Below, one piece after another: positions 28,401 through 37,888 of a stretch of 64,000 nt of DNA; the stretch's first letter is position 1; the number at the start of each line of letters is the position of its first letter. The DNA comes from an uncultured cyanobacterium. Its GTDB lineage: Bacteria; Cyanobacteriota; Cyanobacteriia; Phormidesmidales; Phormidesmidaceae. The stretch covers positions 96,001 to 160,000 of the forward strand of contig CAWBZI010000007.1 in the NCBI GenBank assembly GCA_963793265.1, given 5' to 3'. The notes below the pieces were generated by a model that saw only the letters and a program-made list of their open reading frames with translations, was not told where the DNA came from and ran no database searches. A program made the position numbers and the translations under genes.

Positions 28401-30137
28401 TTTAGCGGGGAATGACTGGTAGTAAGTAAGAAATTCTAAACCCATCGGAACGTAGGCATTAATTCGTTCGGCTTCGGGTAGGGCGGCGAGTATGCACTGA
28501 AAGCAACTGTCTAGGATTGCGGGATGTAAGTGGTTTTGTTGTTGATCAATGGATTTGGGGATTTCTATTTGGCCTAAAGCTTGAGAGTCAGCGCACCACA
28601 GCGCTTGGATGCTGCGGAAGGGGCCGCTATAGCTGAGGTTGGCTTGCTCGCACTGGGCATAGTGGACTTCAGGCGATCGCATCTCAGGAAGGGAGCGTTT
28701 GACTGCCTGAATATCTATAGGCTCGGGAGAAATATTACTGTTGGACGCAATTATTCCTTCACAGTGAAATGTCCAGTCTTCAGATTGTTCTTCTTTGCTA
28801 TAAATTTGAAAGCGATGATCGTTGAGATGAGGCGTGAGAATTGTTTGGATAGTGACGGGGCGATCTGTGAGCGTAAGAGATTGGGGAATGGCTACTTTTG
28901 TGAGACTCACTGAGTCGGTCTTTAGTAGGGACTTACCGGCTGCGATCGCTATTTCAAGATAGGCTGCACCAGGAAATACGACCTGATTATGGACTTGGTG
29001 GTTTTGAAGATAAGCGGGCTGAGTTGCCGTTAGCGTCTGTTGAAAGAGATTTTGTTGTAAAGGGGTTGAAATAGGTGAGCCTAATAGAAAATGGCTAAGC
29101 TGAGTATTTGAAACAAAGGGTATGTGAGGGACGGGCTCTCTATCTATCCAGTGGCGCTGGCGTTGGAAGGGATAGGTGGGTAGCGGAATGCGGTGGCGGG
29201 GGCGATCGCTGTAAAAGGTGTCCCAATCAATGAGATGGCCCTGGGTGTACAGAGTGGCAAGCGTGGTAAGACTTTGTTCGGTGTCGGATTGTTTGGGGCT
29301 GAGAGTGGGGAGCCAGCGGTGGGTGGTGTTGGGCAGTGTGGTTTGAGCGAGGGTGAGGAGGACAGGGCGAGGGCCAAGCTCTAAGAAGGTGTTGTAGTTT
29401 TGAGCGTGGAGAGTTTGAATGCTTTGCGAGAACTGTACGGGATGGCGGATGTGGTTAACCCAGTAGTCGGGGGTGGCAATTTGTTCGGGAGGAGCAACCT
29501 GACCAGTTTGGTTTGAGATGATGTCCAGGGTGGGCGGCTGGTAGGTGATGGTGACTGCAATTTTGCTGAATTCCGCTAGCATAGGCTCTATGAGCGGCGA
29601 GTGGAAAGCGTGAGAGACTTTTAAGGGACGATGTTTAATGCTTTGTTGTTCTAGCTGCTGAGCGATTTGGGCGATCGCACGCTCATCCCCAGAAATCACA
29701 ACGTTCTGCGGGCTATTGATAGCGGCTAACGAGACGCGATCGCTATAGGGCAATATCAACTTTGCACAATATGCCTCGTCTGCAACCACCGAGAGCATCA
29801 CACCGCCTGCTGGCAGCGATTGCATGAGCCCACCTCTAGCCACAACGAGTTTTAGTGCATCTTCTAGGCTGAATACATTAGCAATGCAGGCTGCCACATA
29901 TTCACCCAAACTATGGCCGAGAACGGCTGACGGGCGAACGCCCCATGATAGCCAAAGCTGAGCGAGGGCATATTCAAAGCTAAAAAGAACTGGCTGTGTA
30001 TAGGCTGTTTGATGAATGCTTTCTTCTCCTCCATAGAGAACTTCGAGAAGAGGAATATCATATTGTTTAAGAATCTCTTCACAGTGGCCTAGTGCTTTGC
30101 GAAAGATAGGCTGAGTGTTGTAAAGTTCTTGCCCCAT
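25419..30137 (-). CDS. Type I PKS, 3' part: AT-DH-ER-KR-ACP plus docking tail (continuation of the upstream ORF across a frameshift)
   Basis: GHSLG and HAFH (malonyl-type AT), HQVHNQVVFP/HPAILD (DH), IHSAAGGVG (ER), GGLGALG/YAAAN (KR), LGLDSL (ACP). Confidence 0.9.
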   Translation of the reverse strand: MGQELYNTQPIFRKALGHCEEILKQYDIPLLEVLYGGEESIHQTAYTQPVLFSFEYALAQLWLSWGVRPSAVLGHSLGEYVAACIANVFSLEDALKLVVARGGLMQSLPAGGVMLSVVADEAYCAKLILPYSDRVSLAAINSPQNVVISGDERAIAQIAQQLEQQSIKHRPLKVSHAFHSPLIEPMLAEFSKIAVTITYQPPTLDIISNQTGQVAPPEQIATPDYWVNHIRHPVQFSQSIQTLHAQNYNTFLELGPRPVLLTLAQTTLPNTTHRWLPTLSPKQSDTEQSLTTLATLYTQGHLIDWDTFYSDRPRHRIPLPTYPFQRQRHWIDREPVPHIPFVSNTQLSHFLLGSPISTPLQQNLFQQTLTATQPAYLQNHQVHNQVVFPGAAYLEIAIAAGKSLLKTDSVSLTKVAIPQSLTLTDRPVTIQTILTPHLNDHRFQIYSKEEQSEDWTFHCEGIIASNSNISPEPIDIQAVKRSLPEMRSPEVHYAQCEQANLSYSGPFRSIQALWCADSQALGQIEIPKSIDQQQNHLHPAILDSCFQCILAALPEAERINAYVPMGLEFLTYYQSFPAKSGSTVWSHITLHPVENDIVTANIQIVDDSGRAIAYLSGISAKCLANTSLKPWQNWLYQPIWKATPVENDHPLSPSTWLIAGHDNEKIDAIATLLTSQNQTCHKLLIDIPQSIDSYISNNPQTFETVHNVIYLASDRNPSTIETINSQIKQSCQSALHLAQALINRTNPARLWLVTNQAQSVLPTDHINVSTAPLWGLGKTISLEHPDLNCTCVDLGLEDSDRQPLQNLFAEIKLSTAEVNSSQVAYRQNVRYSAALIRKPANSQLADTALQLQIPDRGTLEQLHWNKVLRQPPKSHEVELRVQATGLNFRDVLNALGLYPGDAGALGLECVGEVVAKGAEVQNVQVGDIVIAIAPASFSQFTTVSAQLVIPKPTGISATEAATIPTAFLTAHYALCQLGQLKKGNRILIHSAAGGVGQAAVQIAQHIGAEVFATASLPKWNLLESQGIKHIFNSRALDFADKIMQQTDGEGVNFVLNSFSGEAIAKSLSTLAPNGQFIEIGKTDIWSTEEMSASRPDVSYHIVDLVSITHNQPQLIQSMLQCVVAQLQQAELRPLPLQLFTAERAIDAFRTMQQAKHIGKVVVTPPAIESKSIIRSDANYLITGGLGALGLQVAQWLASQGARHITLLGRQQPSAQAEEAIAQLTESGITIQTIQADLSNLPILTAALAHMLEFSATNPLKGIFHLAGQTDDSALSQQTWPHFERAMSAKVTGTWHLHQLTRSLPLDHFVMFSSAASLLGSAGQANYAAANSFLDAVATLRHQLELPALSINWAAWAGTDLANNPAVKQRLDKANIPLIEPEIGLSLLSQIMINAAEAPQIGILPGDIKNWTSIANSNTLFADNTAQMSVAKTSAAPTAFRTKIEQATQPERQALISHHLQQQIAIVLGTDLVPLSDFSSSFTELGLDSLTAVELRNRLQTNLQSPLPVTLIYDYPTPSLLKDYLVALIAPPISSLEAADFFIDSTEQTQDIDNLSDAEAEALLLEELTRLGE

Positions 30138-33100
30138 ACCGGCTGACTGAGCACCTTGGCCAGTGAAGAGAAAGGCTGTTTTAGCGGTGCTTGAGGTGGT
30201 TTAGGACTGGATAACCATTGCTGTAGCTGGGTTTGTAGGTGCTGGATGGAGCGGGCGGTGAAGGCTAGGCGATGGGGGAAGTGCGATCGCCCAACGGCGG
30301 CTGTAAAGCACAAGTCGGCAATGGATAGATCGGGATGGTCTGCTAGAAATGAGATGTATTTCTGGGTGAGTGATCGCAGCACAGACTCACTTTTAGCTGA
30401 GAGCACGAATATTTCAGGGCGATCGCTAGCAACTGTTGTTTGATTCTGAACAGCTTCTTCTAACACCATATGCACGTTCGTTCCACCGATGCCAAGTGAG
30501 TTAACACAGGCGCGTCTGGGCGTTTTTTGCTGCGGCCATTCGGTGAGCGAGGTGTTGACGTAAAAAGGACTGTTGGAGAAGTCTATCTGTGGATTAGATT
30601 GTTCAAAATGAAGGCTAGGGGGAATTTGAGCGTGGTGGACGGCAAGGGCGGTTTTGATAAAGCCGACGATGCCGGAGGCGATGTTGAGATGGCCGACGTT
30701 GGTTTTTACCGAGCCGATAGGGCAGAACTGTTTTGCTTTTGTGCTGAGGCGAAAGGCTTGGGTGAGGCCGGTGATCTCAACCGGATCGCCAAGCTGAGTG
30801 CCAGTGCCGTGGGCTTCTAGGTAGCCGATACTGTCAGCGGGAATATCAGCGGTGGCGATTGCTTCAGCGGCGACTCTGGCCTGACCTTCGCTTAAAGGGG
30901 CCAGGTAGCCGACTTTTTGCCCGCCATCATTGCCGATTGCTGAGCCTTTGATAACGGCGTAGATGAAGTCTTTGTGAGCGATCGCCTCATCCAATCGCTT
31001 CAACACCACTAGCCCAACGCCGCTACCAAAAAGCGTCCCCTGCGAGCTAGCATCAAAGGCCCGACAGTGCCCGTCTGCCGAGAGAATCATGCCTTCCTGA
31101 TACAGGTAGCCTGCTTTTTGCGGCGTTTCAACCGATACCCCACCAGCTAGGGCGATATCACATTCTCCTTGTATCAGGCTTTGGGCGGCGAGGTGAATAG
31201 AAACGAGAGACGTGGAGCAGGCGGTTTGGACGTTGATGCTGGGGCCGCGTAGATTGAGCTTATAGGAGACTCGGGTGGTGAGATAGTCTTTGTCGTTGGC
31301 GACGGTGGCCTGAAAGCCGCCCATGGAGCTGAGGGTGAAGACGTTGAGGGTGTCGTTAGGATCGAGAGTGTGGCGCTGAGGGTAGACGTGATTGAGCAGA
31401 TAGGTGTTGGTGGTGGCTCCGGCGTATAGGGCGATCGCGCCTGGATAGGTATGGGGGTTGTAGCCCGCGGTTTCAAGGCTTTCCCAGGCACATTCTAGTA
31501 GAAGGCGCTGCTGAGGGTCGATGAGTTTAGCTTCTTTGGGGCTGTAGCCGAAAAAGTCGGCGTCGAAGCAGTCAACATCGGTGAGGGTGGGGCTGGCTTT
31601 GACGTAGTTTGGATTCTGTATGAGGGCAGGATCGATGCCTGAAGCTAGGAGTTCTTCGTCGGTGAAGAAGGTGATAGATTCTACACCGTTTTGAAGGTTT
31701 TGCCAGAAGGTATCTAGGTCGGGCGCTCCTGGAAAACGACCGGCCATACCGATAATGGCGATGTTGTTGGAGACTGTCGTTTTGGGACGTGAGCGAATCT
31801 GTAGGGTAGGCTCAGCGGCGTCTGATAGGTGGGTGGCAAGCGAGGCGATAGTGGGATGTTGAAATAGGGTGACGGCGGTGAGGGTAGGGTCTATTTGGTT
31901 TTGAAGGTGGCCGAGCACCTGCATGAGGCTTAGAGAATTGCCGCCAAGGTCGAAGAAGCTTTCTTGAATACCGATATCTGTTGTTTTAAGGACGGACTGC
32001 CAGATCTGAGAGATTTGACGTTCTAGGGCCGGTTGAGTGCGGTTGACGGTACTGAGCTGCTGTTTCAAGGCATTGGTAGACTGGCGCAGTTGTTCAGCAA
32101 AGTCTCCTTGCTCAAAGCGCTGGCTGAGCTGGCTACGCTGAATTTTACCAATGGCGGTTTTGGGTATCTCTGCTTGAGCTAGAGGGATGATGTATGTAGG
32201 AGAAATGCCAATGTGCGTGACAATTTGGGTGCGGATTCTTTTGGTGAGATCGACTATCTCTTCTGAGTCAGTGGGATTAAAGAAGATAGCGAGCTGTTCT
32301 GTGGCATCTTCGGGAGTGCGAACGCCGCAGGCTGCTGTGAAGGAGGTTTCGATACCGTCTATGGTTTCGACAACAGATTCGATGTCGTGGCTGTAGTAGT
32401 TGAGGCCGTTGAAGATGATGACATCTTTTTGGCGTCCGGTGATGGTGAGCTGACCGTGGTGCAAAAAGGCTAAGTCGCCCGTGTTGAACCAGCCATCGTC
32501 TGTGAATACTTCGGCGTTGAGGTCGGGCCGCTGGTAGTAGCCTGCCATGACGGTGAGCCCTTTTACCTGAAGGCGACCGATGGTTTCTTCGCTGGCGACG
32601 CTGTTGTTTTCATCAACAATGCGAATGGAGACGCCAGGAATGGGTGCGCCAACGGTAACAAATTTACTATTGGAGCCGATTGAGAACTGTCGAGAATGAA
32701 CAATGCCGGAGCAGGTTTCTGACATGCCGTAGCCGGGGCTAACGGCGGTAGGAGCTAGCTGGTGAGGTTCGAGAAGCTGCAAGAAGCGCTGGGCTGTTTG
32801 ACCAACAACAGCTTCGGCTCCGTTGCCCATCCAGCGTACGGATGAGAGATTCCACCGACGGTTAGTTTGACGGCTGGCAATTTCGGCGGACTGGTCGTTG
32901 ATGAGGCCGTAGGCGAAGTTGGGAGCCCAGGTGGCGGTGGCCTGATAGCGTTCTAGCAGGTCTAGCCAGGTGAGGGGGTTTTTGAGGATGCGATCGCGCG
33001 AAACATGAATCTGACAGCAGCCCAAATACACTTCGGTGATATGGAACATCACCAGGCTAGCGACGTGCTCTAAAGGCATCCAGTTGAGCGTAATATCGTC

Positions 33101-33736
33101 TGCGGAAAGGCCATTGACGGTAGCCATGCCGTAGGCGCTAACTCGCAGGTTTTGATGGGTGAGCATGACGCCCTTTGAGGTGCCTGTGCTGCCGGAAGTC
33201 AGCAGGAGCAGGGCGAGATCGTCAGGCTCAGGAGAAGGGAGTGAAAAGCCTTGCGGTTTTGCCATTCGCAAGGCTTCTATCGTCAGCGACTGTGAGCTGA
33301 GATTAAGCCCTTCAATGAGCGTTTGGCTGGTGAGGACGGCGGCTTTTTTAAGGAGTGAAAGTGCGCCTGATAGCGGCGTGGACTGATCGTCTTCACAAGA
33401 AAGCTGAACAGGCACAGGGACAGGAATGTAGCCGCTGAGCGTGCAGCCCCAAAAGGCTGCGATCAGGTCTGCATTTTTAGAGAGCTGAAGGATTACGAAG
33501 TCATTAGCAAGGTTTGCGGCCTTTAGACCCGCGGCGATTTGGGTAGCTTCGGTGAGCAGTTCGGCGTATGACTGTAAGGTTTCGGTGCCGTCGGCTTCTA
33601 GATAGCGAAGGGTAGTGTCTTTTTGCGCAGCCTCTCGCAGGGCAGCGGCTAAGTTTTGGGGTATGCGGGCCGAGTCGGGAAAGGGGGCTCCGTGTGCTGT
33701 AGCCTCTGGTCGTGACTCGTCTGTCGCTGGCATCAT
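30089..33736 (-). CDS. Hybrid NRPS/PKS, 5' part: adenylation domain - carrier - KS
   Basis: TSGSTGTSKG, LNWMPLEHV, YGMSET, TGDL; FFDLGGNSL carrier; NDKDY, QTACSTS, EAHGTGT, NVGHL in the KS. Confidence 0.9.
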   Translation of the reverse strand: MMPATDESRPEATAHGAPFPDSARIPQNLAAALREAAQKDTTLRYLEADGTETLQSYAELLTEATQIAAGLKAANLANDFVILQLSKNADLIAAFWGCTLSGYIPVPVPVQLSCEDDQSTPLSGALSLLKKAAVLTSQTLIEGLNLSSQSLTIEALRMAKPQGFSLPSPEPDDLALLLLTSGSTGTSKGVMLTHQNLRVSAYGMATVNGLSADDITLNWMPLEHVASLVMFHITEVYLGCCQIHVSRDRILKNPLTWLDLLERYQATATWAPNFAYGLINDQSAEIASRQTNRRWNLSSVRWMGNGAEAVVGQTAQRFLQLLEPHQLAPTAVSPGYGMSETCSGIVHSRQFSIGSNSKFVTVGAPIPGVSIRIVDENNSVASEETIGRLQVKGLTVMAGYYQRPDLNAEVFTDDGWFNTGDLAFLHHGQLTITGRQKDVIIFNGLNYYSHDIESVVETIDGIETSFTAACGVRTPEDATEQLAIFFNPTDSEEIVDLTKRIRTQIVTHIGISPTYIIPLAQAEIPKTAIGKIQRSQLSQRFEQGDFAEQLRQSTNALKQQLSTVNRTQPALERQISQIWQSVLKTTDIGIQESFFDLGGNSLSLMQVLGHLQNQIDPTLTAVTLFQHPTIASLATHLSDAAEPTLQIRSRPKTTVSNNIAIIGMAGRFPGAPDLDTFWQNLQNGVESITFFTDEELLASGIDPALIQNPNYVKASPTLTDVDCFDADFFGYSPKEAKLIDPQQRLLLECAWESLETAGYNPHTYPGAIALYAGATTNTYLLNHVYPQRHTLDPNDTLNVFTLSSMGGFQATVANDKDYLTTRVSYKLNLRGPSINVQTACSTSLVSIHLAAQSLIQGECDIALAGGVSVETPQKAGYLYQEGMILSADGHCRAFDASSQGTLFGSGVGLVVLKRLDEAIAHKDFIYAVIKGSAIGNDGGQKVGYLAPLSEGQARVAAEAIATADIPADSIGYLEAHGTGTQLGDPVEITGLTQAFRLSTKAKQFCPIGSVKTNVGHLNIASGIVGFIKTALAVHHAQIPPSLHFEQSNPQIDFSNSPFYVNTSLTEWPQQKTPRRACVNSLGIGGTNVHMVLEEAVQNQTTVASDRPEIFVLSAKSESVLRSLTQKYISFLADHPDLSIADLCFTAAVGRSHFPHRLAFTARSIQHLQTQLQQWLSSPKPPQAPLKQPFSSLAKVLSQPVWGKNFTTLSLSFAKH

Positions 33737-33867
33737 GGGTTACGGAGGTGCTTTGTATAAGATAATAATGGCTGTTGCGTGCATGTTTCTACTGTCTCTT
33801 TCAAGTTTACGAACGCCCGAAGTTTATGAATGTGAGTCCGAAGCTGTTCCCTTTGTATTTGATCTAG

Positions 33868-35088
33868 ATGAAGACGCTTGATTTATTGGTTTCTGACGAG
33901 ACGTTGCGAGACGGAGAGCAGCAGGTTGGATTATTTTTTGAGGATAAGGCGGCTTTAGCGCGGCTGATTGCGGCAACCGGGGTGCATCAGATCGCGCTGA
34001 TGCCTGCGGTTCATGCCTGTGAGGCGCAGTTGGTGAAGCGTCTGGTTGAGTCGGGGCTAAAGCAGCAGGTGGCAGCTTCTACGATGATGAGGCGTTCGGC
34101 AATTGATGATTCTAAAGGCTGCGGAGCGAGGCAGATTATCTTGTTTCATGCGGTGAGCGATCGCCTGTTGTTTTTAAGAGATCGGGCGATCGCTGCTGAC
34201 CCGACGATGCAGGGCAAAACTTTAGATGATGGGATCTCCGCAGCGGTGATAGCACAGTGTCGGCAAGCGATGCTGGCAAACGCGCTAGAGCATGTGCAAT
34301 ACGCTGCGGCCCTTGGGCTACAGGTTTGTTTTGCGGCTGAGGACGCGAGCCGAGCTGATTTTCATTTTTTAGTGGACTGTATTAATACGCTGGGGCCGTA
34401 TCTCGATCAGTTTTTGCTGTGCGATACGGTGGGCGTGCTAACGCCTGAGAAGACGGCGATTTGGATTTACGACCTGCTGGCGTATACAGATGGCGTGCCG
34501 CTCTCGGTTCATTTTCACAATGACCGGGGGCTAGCGCTAGAAAATACGATTCAGGCGGTGCAGGCGGGGGCGCTGGGCGTGTCGGGAACGATGGGAGGCA
34601 TTGGTGAGCGGGCTGGGAATGCGCCTTTAGATGAGGTTTTGCTGGGGCTACGGGTGCGCTTTGGTTGGGAGGTGCCGGGGATTGACTACGACGCGGTGGC
34701 TCAGGTGGTGGCTTATTTGCATGAGCGCGGGCATCGGCCCCACCCGCCTTATTCGCTTGAGGCGCAGCGGCAGGAGTCGGGGATTCACGTGAGTTCTTTA
34801 CTGCGCGATCCAAAGAGCTATATGGCGTTTCCGTATGGCCAGCCGGACGTTTGGTTTGGTAAGGGCAGCGGGGTGAGTAACTATCGGTATCTGTTTGAGC
34901 GCTATTTGCAGCGGCCTTTGGCGCAGGCGCAGTATGAGCGACTGAGAGATGCGGTGAAGGCGATCGCGCTGCGAGAAAGGCGGGCTTTTTCGGCGGATGA
35001 GGTGCTGCGGCTGATCGATCAGCGCGATTTGCTAGGTGAGAAATCTGAGGCAAACTTGCTTGCGGAGTCAGCACATCGTCATCTGTAA
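33868..35088 (+). CDS. DRE-TIM metallolyase, LeuA/homocitrate synthase-like, without regulatory domain
   Basis: DETLRDGEQ, HFHNDRG, GIGERAGNA, ESGIH. Confidence 0.88.
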   Translation: MKTLDLLVSDETLRDGEQQVGLFFEDKAALARLIAATGVHQIALMPAVHACEAQLVKRLVESGLKQQVAASTMMRRSAIDDSKGCGARQIILFHAVSDRLLFLRDRAIAADPTMQGKTLDDGISAAVIAQCRQAMLANALEHVQYAAALGLQVCFAAEDASRADFHFLVDCINTLGPYLDQFLLCDTVGVLTPEKTAIWIYDLLAYTDGVPLSVHFHNDRGLALENTIQAVQAGALGVSGTMGGIGERAGNAPLDEVLLGLRVRFGWEVPGIDYDAVAQVVAYLHERGHRPHPPYSLEAQRQESGIHVSSLLRDPKSYMAFPYGQPDVWFGKGSGVSNYRYLFERYLQRPLAQAQYERLRDAVKAIALRERRAFSADEVLRLIDQRDLLGEKSEANLLAESAHRHL

Positions 35089-35168
35089 ACGCAGATGGAT
35101 TTGAGTCTAGCTAAGTGCTGTTCTGCCTTGGTGAGGGTAGAGAATATTTTCTTTCTTCTAGCCATAAA

Positions 35169-35237
35169 TCACTTTCTTTTAATCAGGTCTGTAAGAGATG
35201 AATCAGTCCAGAACGATGGAAGTGTTGCAGACTTCAT
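35169..35237 (-). pseudogene. Truncated RelE/HigB-like toxin remnant (MKSATLPSFW...)
   Basis: ATGA-coupled to the upstream antitoxin-like gene; N-terminus resembles cyanobacterial toxins; stop after 22 codons. Confidence 0.5.
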
Positions 35238-35464
35238 AGCTGCTCATAATCCATGGGTGTTGACTTTCCTTCGGCTATTTCTTGCTTTGCCTTCTGTGCT
35301 GATGCAATTAAGCTGTCGCGAGTGCGCTCAAAGGAAGCATCCCATTTAGCCTCATCTTCTAAATCAGCGATGAACTCACGGATATGGTCTGCGACCTTCT
35401 CTTGCAGAGAGTTTGGTAGTGATTCAACCATCTTGACAATAGTGGCGACTGAAGGAGAAGGCAT
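35234..35464 (-). CDS. Putative antitoxin (76 aa)
   Basis: Small acidic protein with DEAKWDASF...AKQEIAEGKSTPMD pattern; coupled to the toxin remnant. Confidence 0.65.
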   Translation of the reverse strand: MPSPSVATIVKMVESLPNSLQEKVADHIREFIADLEDEAKWDASFERTRDSLIASAQKAKQEIAEGKSTPMDYEQL

Positions 35465-35671
35465 GGGGTTTGTGAGTACGAAACTAGCTACACCTAACAT
35501 GATACAAAAATCGGCTGAACTACAGGAATGTTTTGATGTCACTCAATCTACCGACATCTGCTGTGCGGTCGTCGTCAAATAGAAAATCATCATGAAATAT
35601 TGAGTTTTCAGGCTTAAGAACGGAGTTTTCAGTGATACATTCAACTCTATGCCCCTTATCCTCGTCGCTTG

Positions 35672-37879
35672 ATGCCCCCAGCGCAAAGGATTCTGATACT
35701 CGCTGCTAATCCGTTAGATTCGTCCAGGCTGCGCTTGGATGAGGAACTGCACGAGATTGACGCGGTGTTGAGTCGGGCTAAGCTGCGCGATCAGTTCGAG
35801 ATTCGTCCGCAGTATGCAGCGCGTCCGAGCGATATTCAGCAGGCGCTGCTGGACTACAATCCGCAAATTGTTCATTTTTGTGGGCATGGCGGTGGGGAGA
35901 GAGGGTTGGTTTTTGCAGATGATGGCGATCGCAGCCAGTTTGTGAGCGCTCAGGCTTTAGCGAATTTGTTTGAGCTGTTTGCCGATTCGGTGAAGTGTGT
36001 GGTGCTGAACGCTTGCTATTCGGAAGTGCAGGCGATGGCGATTGTGGCGCATATTGATGCGGTGATTGGGATGAATCAGCCGATTGGAGATAAAGCGGCG
36101 ATTCGGTTTTCGGAAGGGTTTTACAGAGGCTTAGGGGCGGGCAAAGATGTGGAGTTTGCCTATAAGCTGGGGCGGAATTCTTTAGAGCTGCAAGGGATAG
36201 CCCAAGAGAATATTCCGGTGCTGAAGCGGAAGGGAACGCGCAAGCAAGGAAGGCTTGAGGAGAGTTCTGTGCGAGTGCCAAAGTCAGAGGCTTTGGAGCG
36301 ACGGGATATTGCGCTGGTGGAGCCGGAAGTGCTGGCGAAACGGGCGCGGGTGTTTGTGAGCTATAAGCGAGATGTGAGGCCAGATGAGCCTTTGGCGCGG
36401 GAAATATGTGTGGCTTTGCAGGCGCAGCATGACGTGTTTATCGATCAAAAGATGCCGGTGGGAACGCCTTGGGCAGCGCGAATTGAGGCGGAGCTACAGG
36501 CTTCGGATGTGCTGATTGTGCTCCTGTCGGCGCATTCGGTGCAGAGCGAAATGGTGGAGCATGAGGTGGAGCTGGCCTATCGCTTTGCCCAGGCAGCAGG
36601 CAGCGCGTCGGGGTCGGGGGGCTGTCCGCGTATTTTGCCGGTGCGGCTGGCCTATCGCAGGCCGTTTCCCTATCCGCTAAGCCACTATTTAGATCCGCTG
36701 AACTGGGCGGTGTGGGATAGGGCGGATGATACGGCGCGGTTAATTGATGAGCTGCTGAGGGCGATCGCGGGTGAACCGCTTTCAATTACTGAGGCCGATA
36801 AGGCCGACCTTCTAAAGTTTGACGCCAGTGAGGGTTCGATTATAAGTCCGGTACCTTCGGCCCAGCCGGTGCCTTTGGAGTCGCCAGACCAAGGCACGAT
36901 GGCGTTGGAATCGCGGCTGTATATCCAGCGGGCGGAGGACAATCGGGCGCTGCGGGCGGTGGAGGCTCAGGAGGGCACGGTGATTGTTAAGGGGGCGCGG
37001 CAGATGGGCAAAAGCTCGCTGCTAAACCGGATGATTGCTGGGGCAGTAGACAAAGACCAGCAGGTGATTTTTCTGGATTTTCAGCTATTCGATCAGCCTG
37101 CGTTGGAGAATCGGGAGCGATTTTTCCGGCAGTTCTGTACGTTTTTGGCAGATGAGCTGGAGCTGCCGAATAAGCTCAACGAGTATTGGGATGAGGACTT
37201 GCCGTTGCCGAAGATTTGTACGAGCTATATGGGGCGCTATTTGCTGAAGTCGCTGGATGGGCCGGTGGTGCTGGCGATGGATGAGGTAGATCGGGTGCTG
37301 AATACGGGCTTTCGGTCGGACTTTTTTGGGATGCTGCGGAGCTGGCACAATAAGCGGGCGATGAGTAAGCTCTGGCGTAGGTTTAGCCAGGTGTTGGTGA
37401 TTTCGACTGAGCCGTATCAGCTAATTGAAGATCTCAATCAGAGTCCGTTTAATGTGGGGCAGACGCTGCGACTGCAAGATTTTACGTTGGCGCAGGTGGC
37501 GGAGCTGAATGGGCGGCATGGCAGTCCTTTTGGAGTGGGGGAGCTGGATGAGCTGATGCGATTGCTGGCAGGGCATCCGTATTTGGTGAGGCGATCGCTC
37601 TACTTATTGGCGACGGGCGAGTATACATCAGCGAGCTTTTTTGAGGCAGCAGGAACCGATCAGGGGCCGTTTGGGGGGCATTTGCGCAGGCATCTGTTTC
37701 GGCTGAAGGGTAGGGATGAGTTGACAGAGGGGCTGGTTGAGATTTTGCGCAATAATGCCTGCGCGGATGAGCAGCTTGTGTGGCGGCTGGAGGGTGCAGG
37801 GCTAGTGAAAAAAGAGGGGATGCGGGTGTTGCCGCGCTGTGAGCTATATACGAAGTATTTTCGGCAACATTTGTCGTGA
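35672..37879 (+). CDS. CHAT (caspase-like) - TIR - AAA_35/STAND-like NTPase
   Basis: VHFCGHG and VLNACYS dyad; RVFVSYKR...SEMVEHEV TIR; GARQMGKSS and LAMDEVD Walker motifs; SPFNVG; GHPYL. Confidence 0.88.
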   Translation: MPPAQRILILAANPLDSSRLRLDEELHEIDAVLSRAKLRDQFEIRPQYAARPSDIQQALLDYNPQIVHFCGHGGGERGLVFADDGDRSQFVSAQALANLFELFADSVKCVVLNACYSEVQAMAIVAHIDAVIGMNQPIGDKAAIRFSEGFYRGLGAGKDVEFAYKLGRNSLELQGIAQENIPVLKRKGTRKQGRLEESSVRVPKSEALERRDIALVEPEVLAKRARVFVSYKRDVRPDEPLAREICVALQAQHDVFIDQKMPVGTPWAARIEAELQASDVLIVLLSAHSVQSEMVEHEVELAYRFAQAAGSASGSGGCPRILPVRLAYRRPFPYPLSHYLDPLNWAVWDRADDTARLIDELLRAIAGEPLSITEADKADLLKFDASEGSIISPVPSAQPVPLESPDQGTMALESRLYIQRAEDNRALRAVEAQEGTVIVKGARQMGKSSLLNRMIAGAVDKDQQVIFLDFQLFDQPALENRERFFRQFCTFLADELELPNKLNEYWDEDLPLPKICTSYMGRYLLKSLDGPVVLAMDEVDRVLNTGFRSDFFGMLRSWHNKRAMSKLWRRFSQVLVISTEPYQLIEDLNQSPFNVGQTLRLQDFTLAQVAELNGRHGSPFGVGELDELMRLLAGHPYLVRRSLYLLATGEYTSASFFEAAGTDQGPFGGHLRRHLFRLKGRDELTEGLVEILRNNACADEQLVWRLEGAGLVKKEGMRVLPRCELYTKYFRQHLS

Positions 37880-37888
37880 GGGGAGATT

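Noticed and set aside
25419..33736. Olefin synthase (Ols) hydrocarbon PKS
   Set aside because: No sulfotransferase or thioesterase domains; has DH and ER; loading domain looks keto-acid-type
33868..35088. nifV or housekeeping leuA assignment
   Set aside because: No nif genes in the window and no LeuA regulatory domain; substrate cannot be read from sequence
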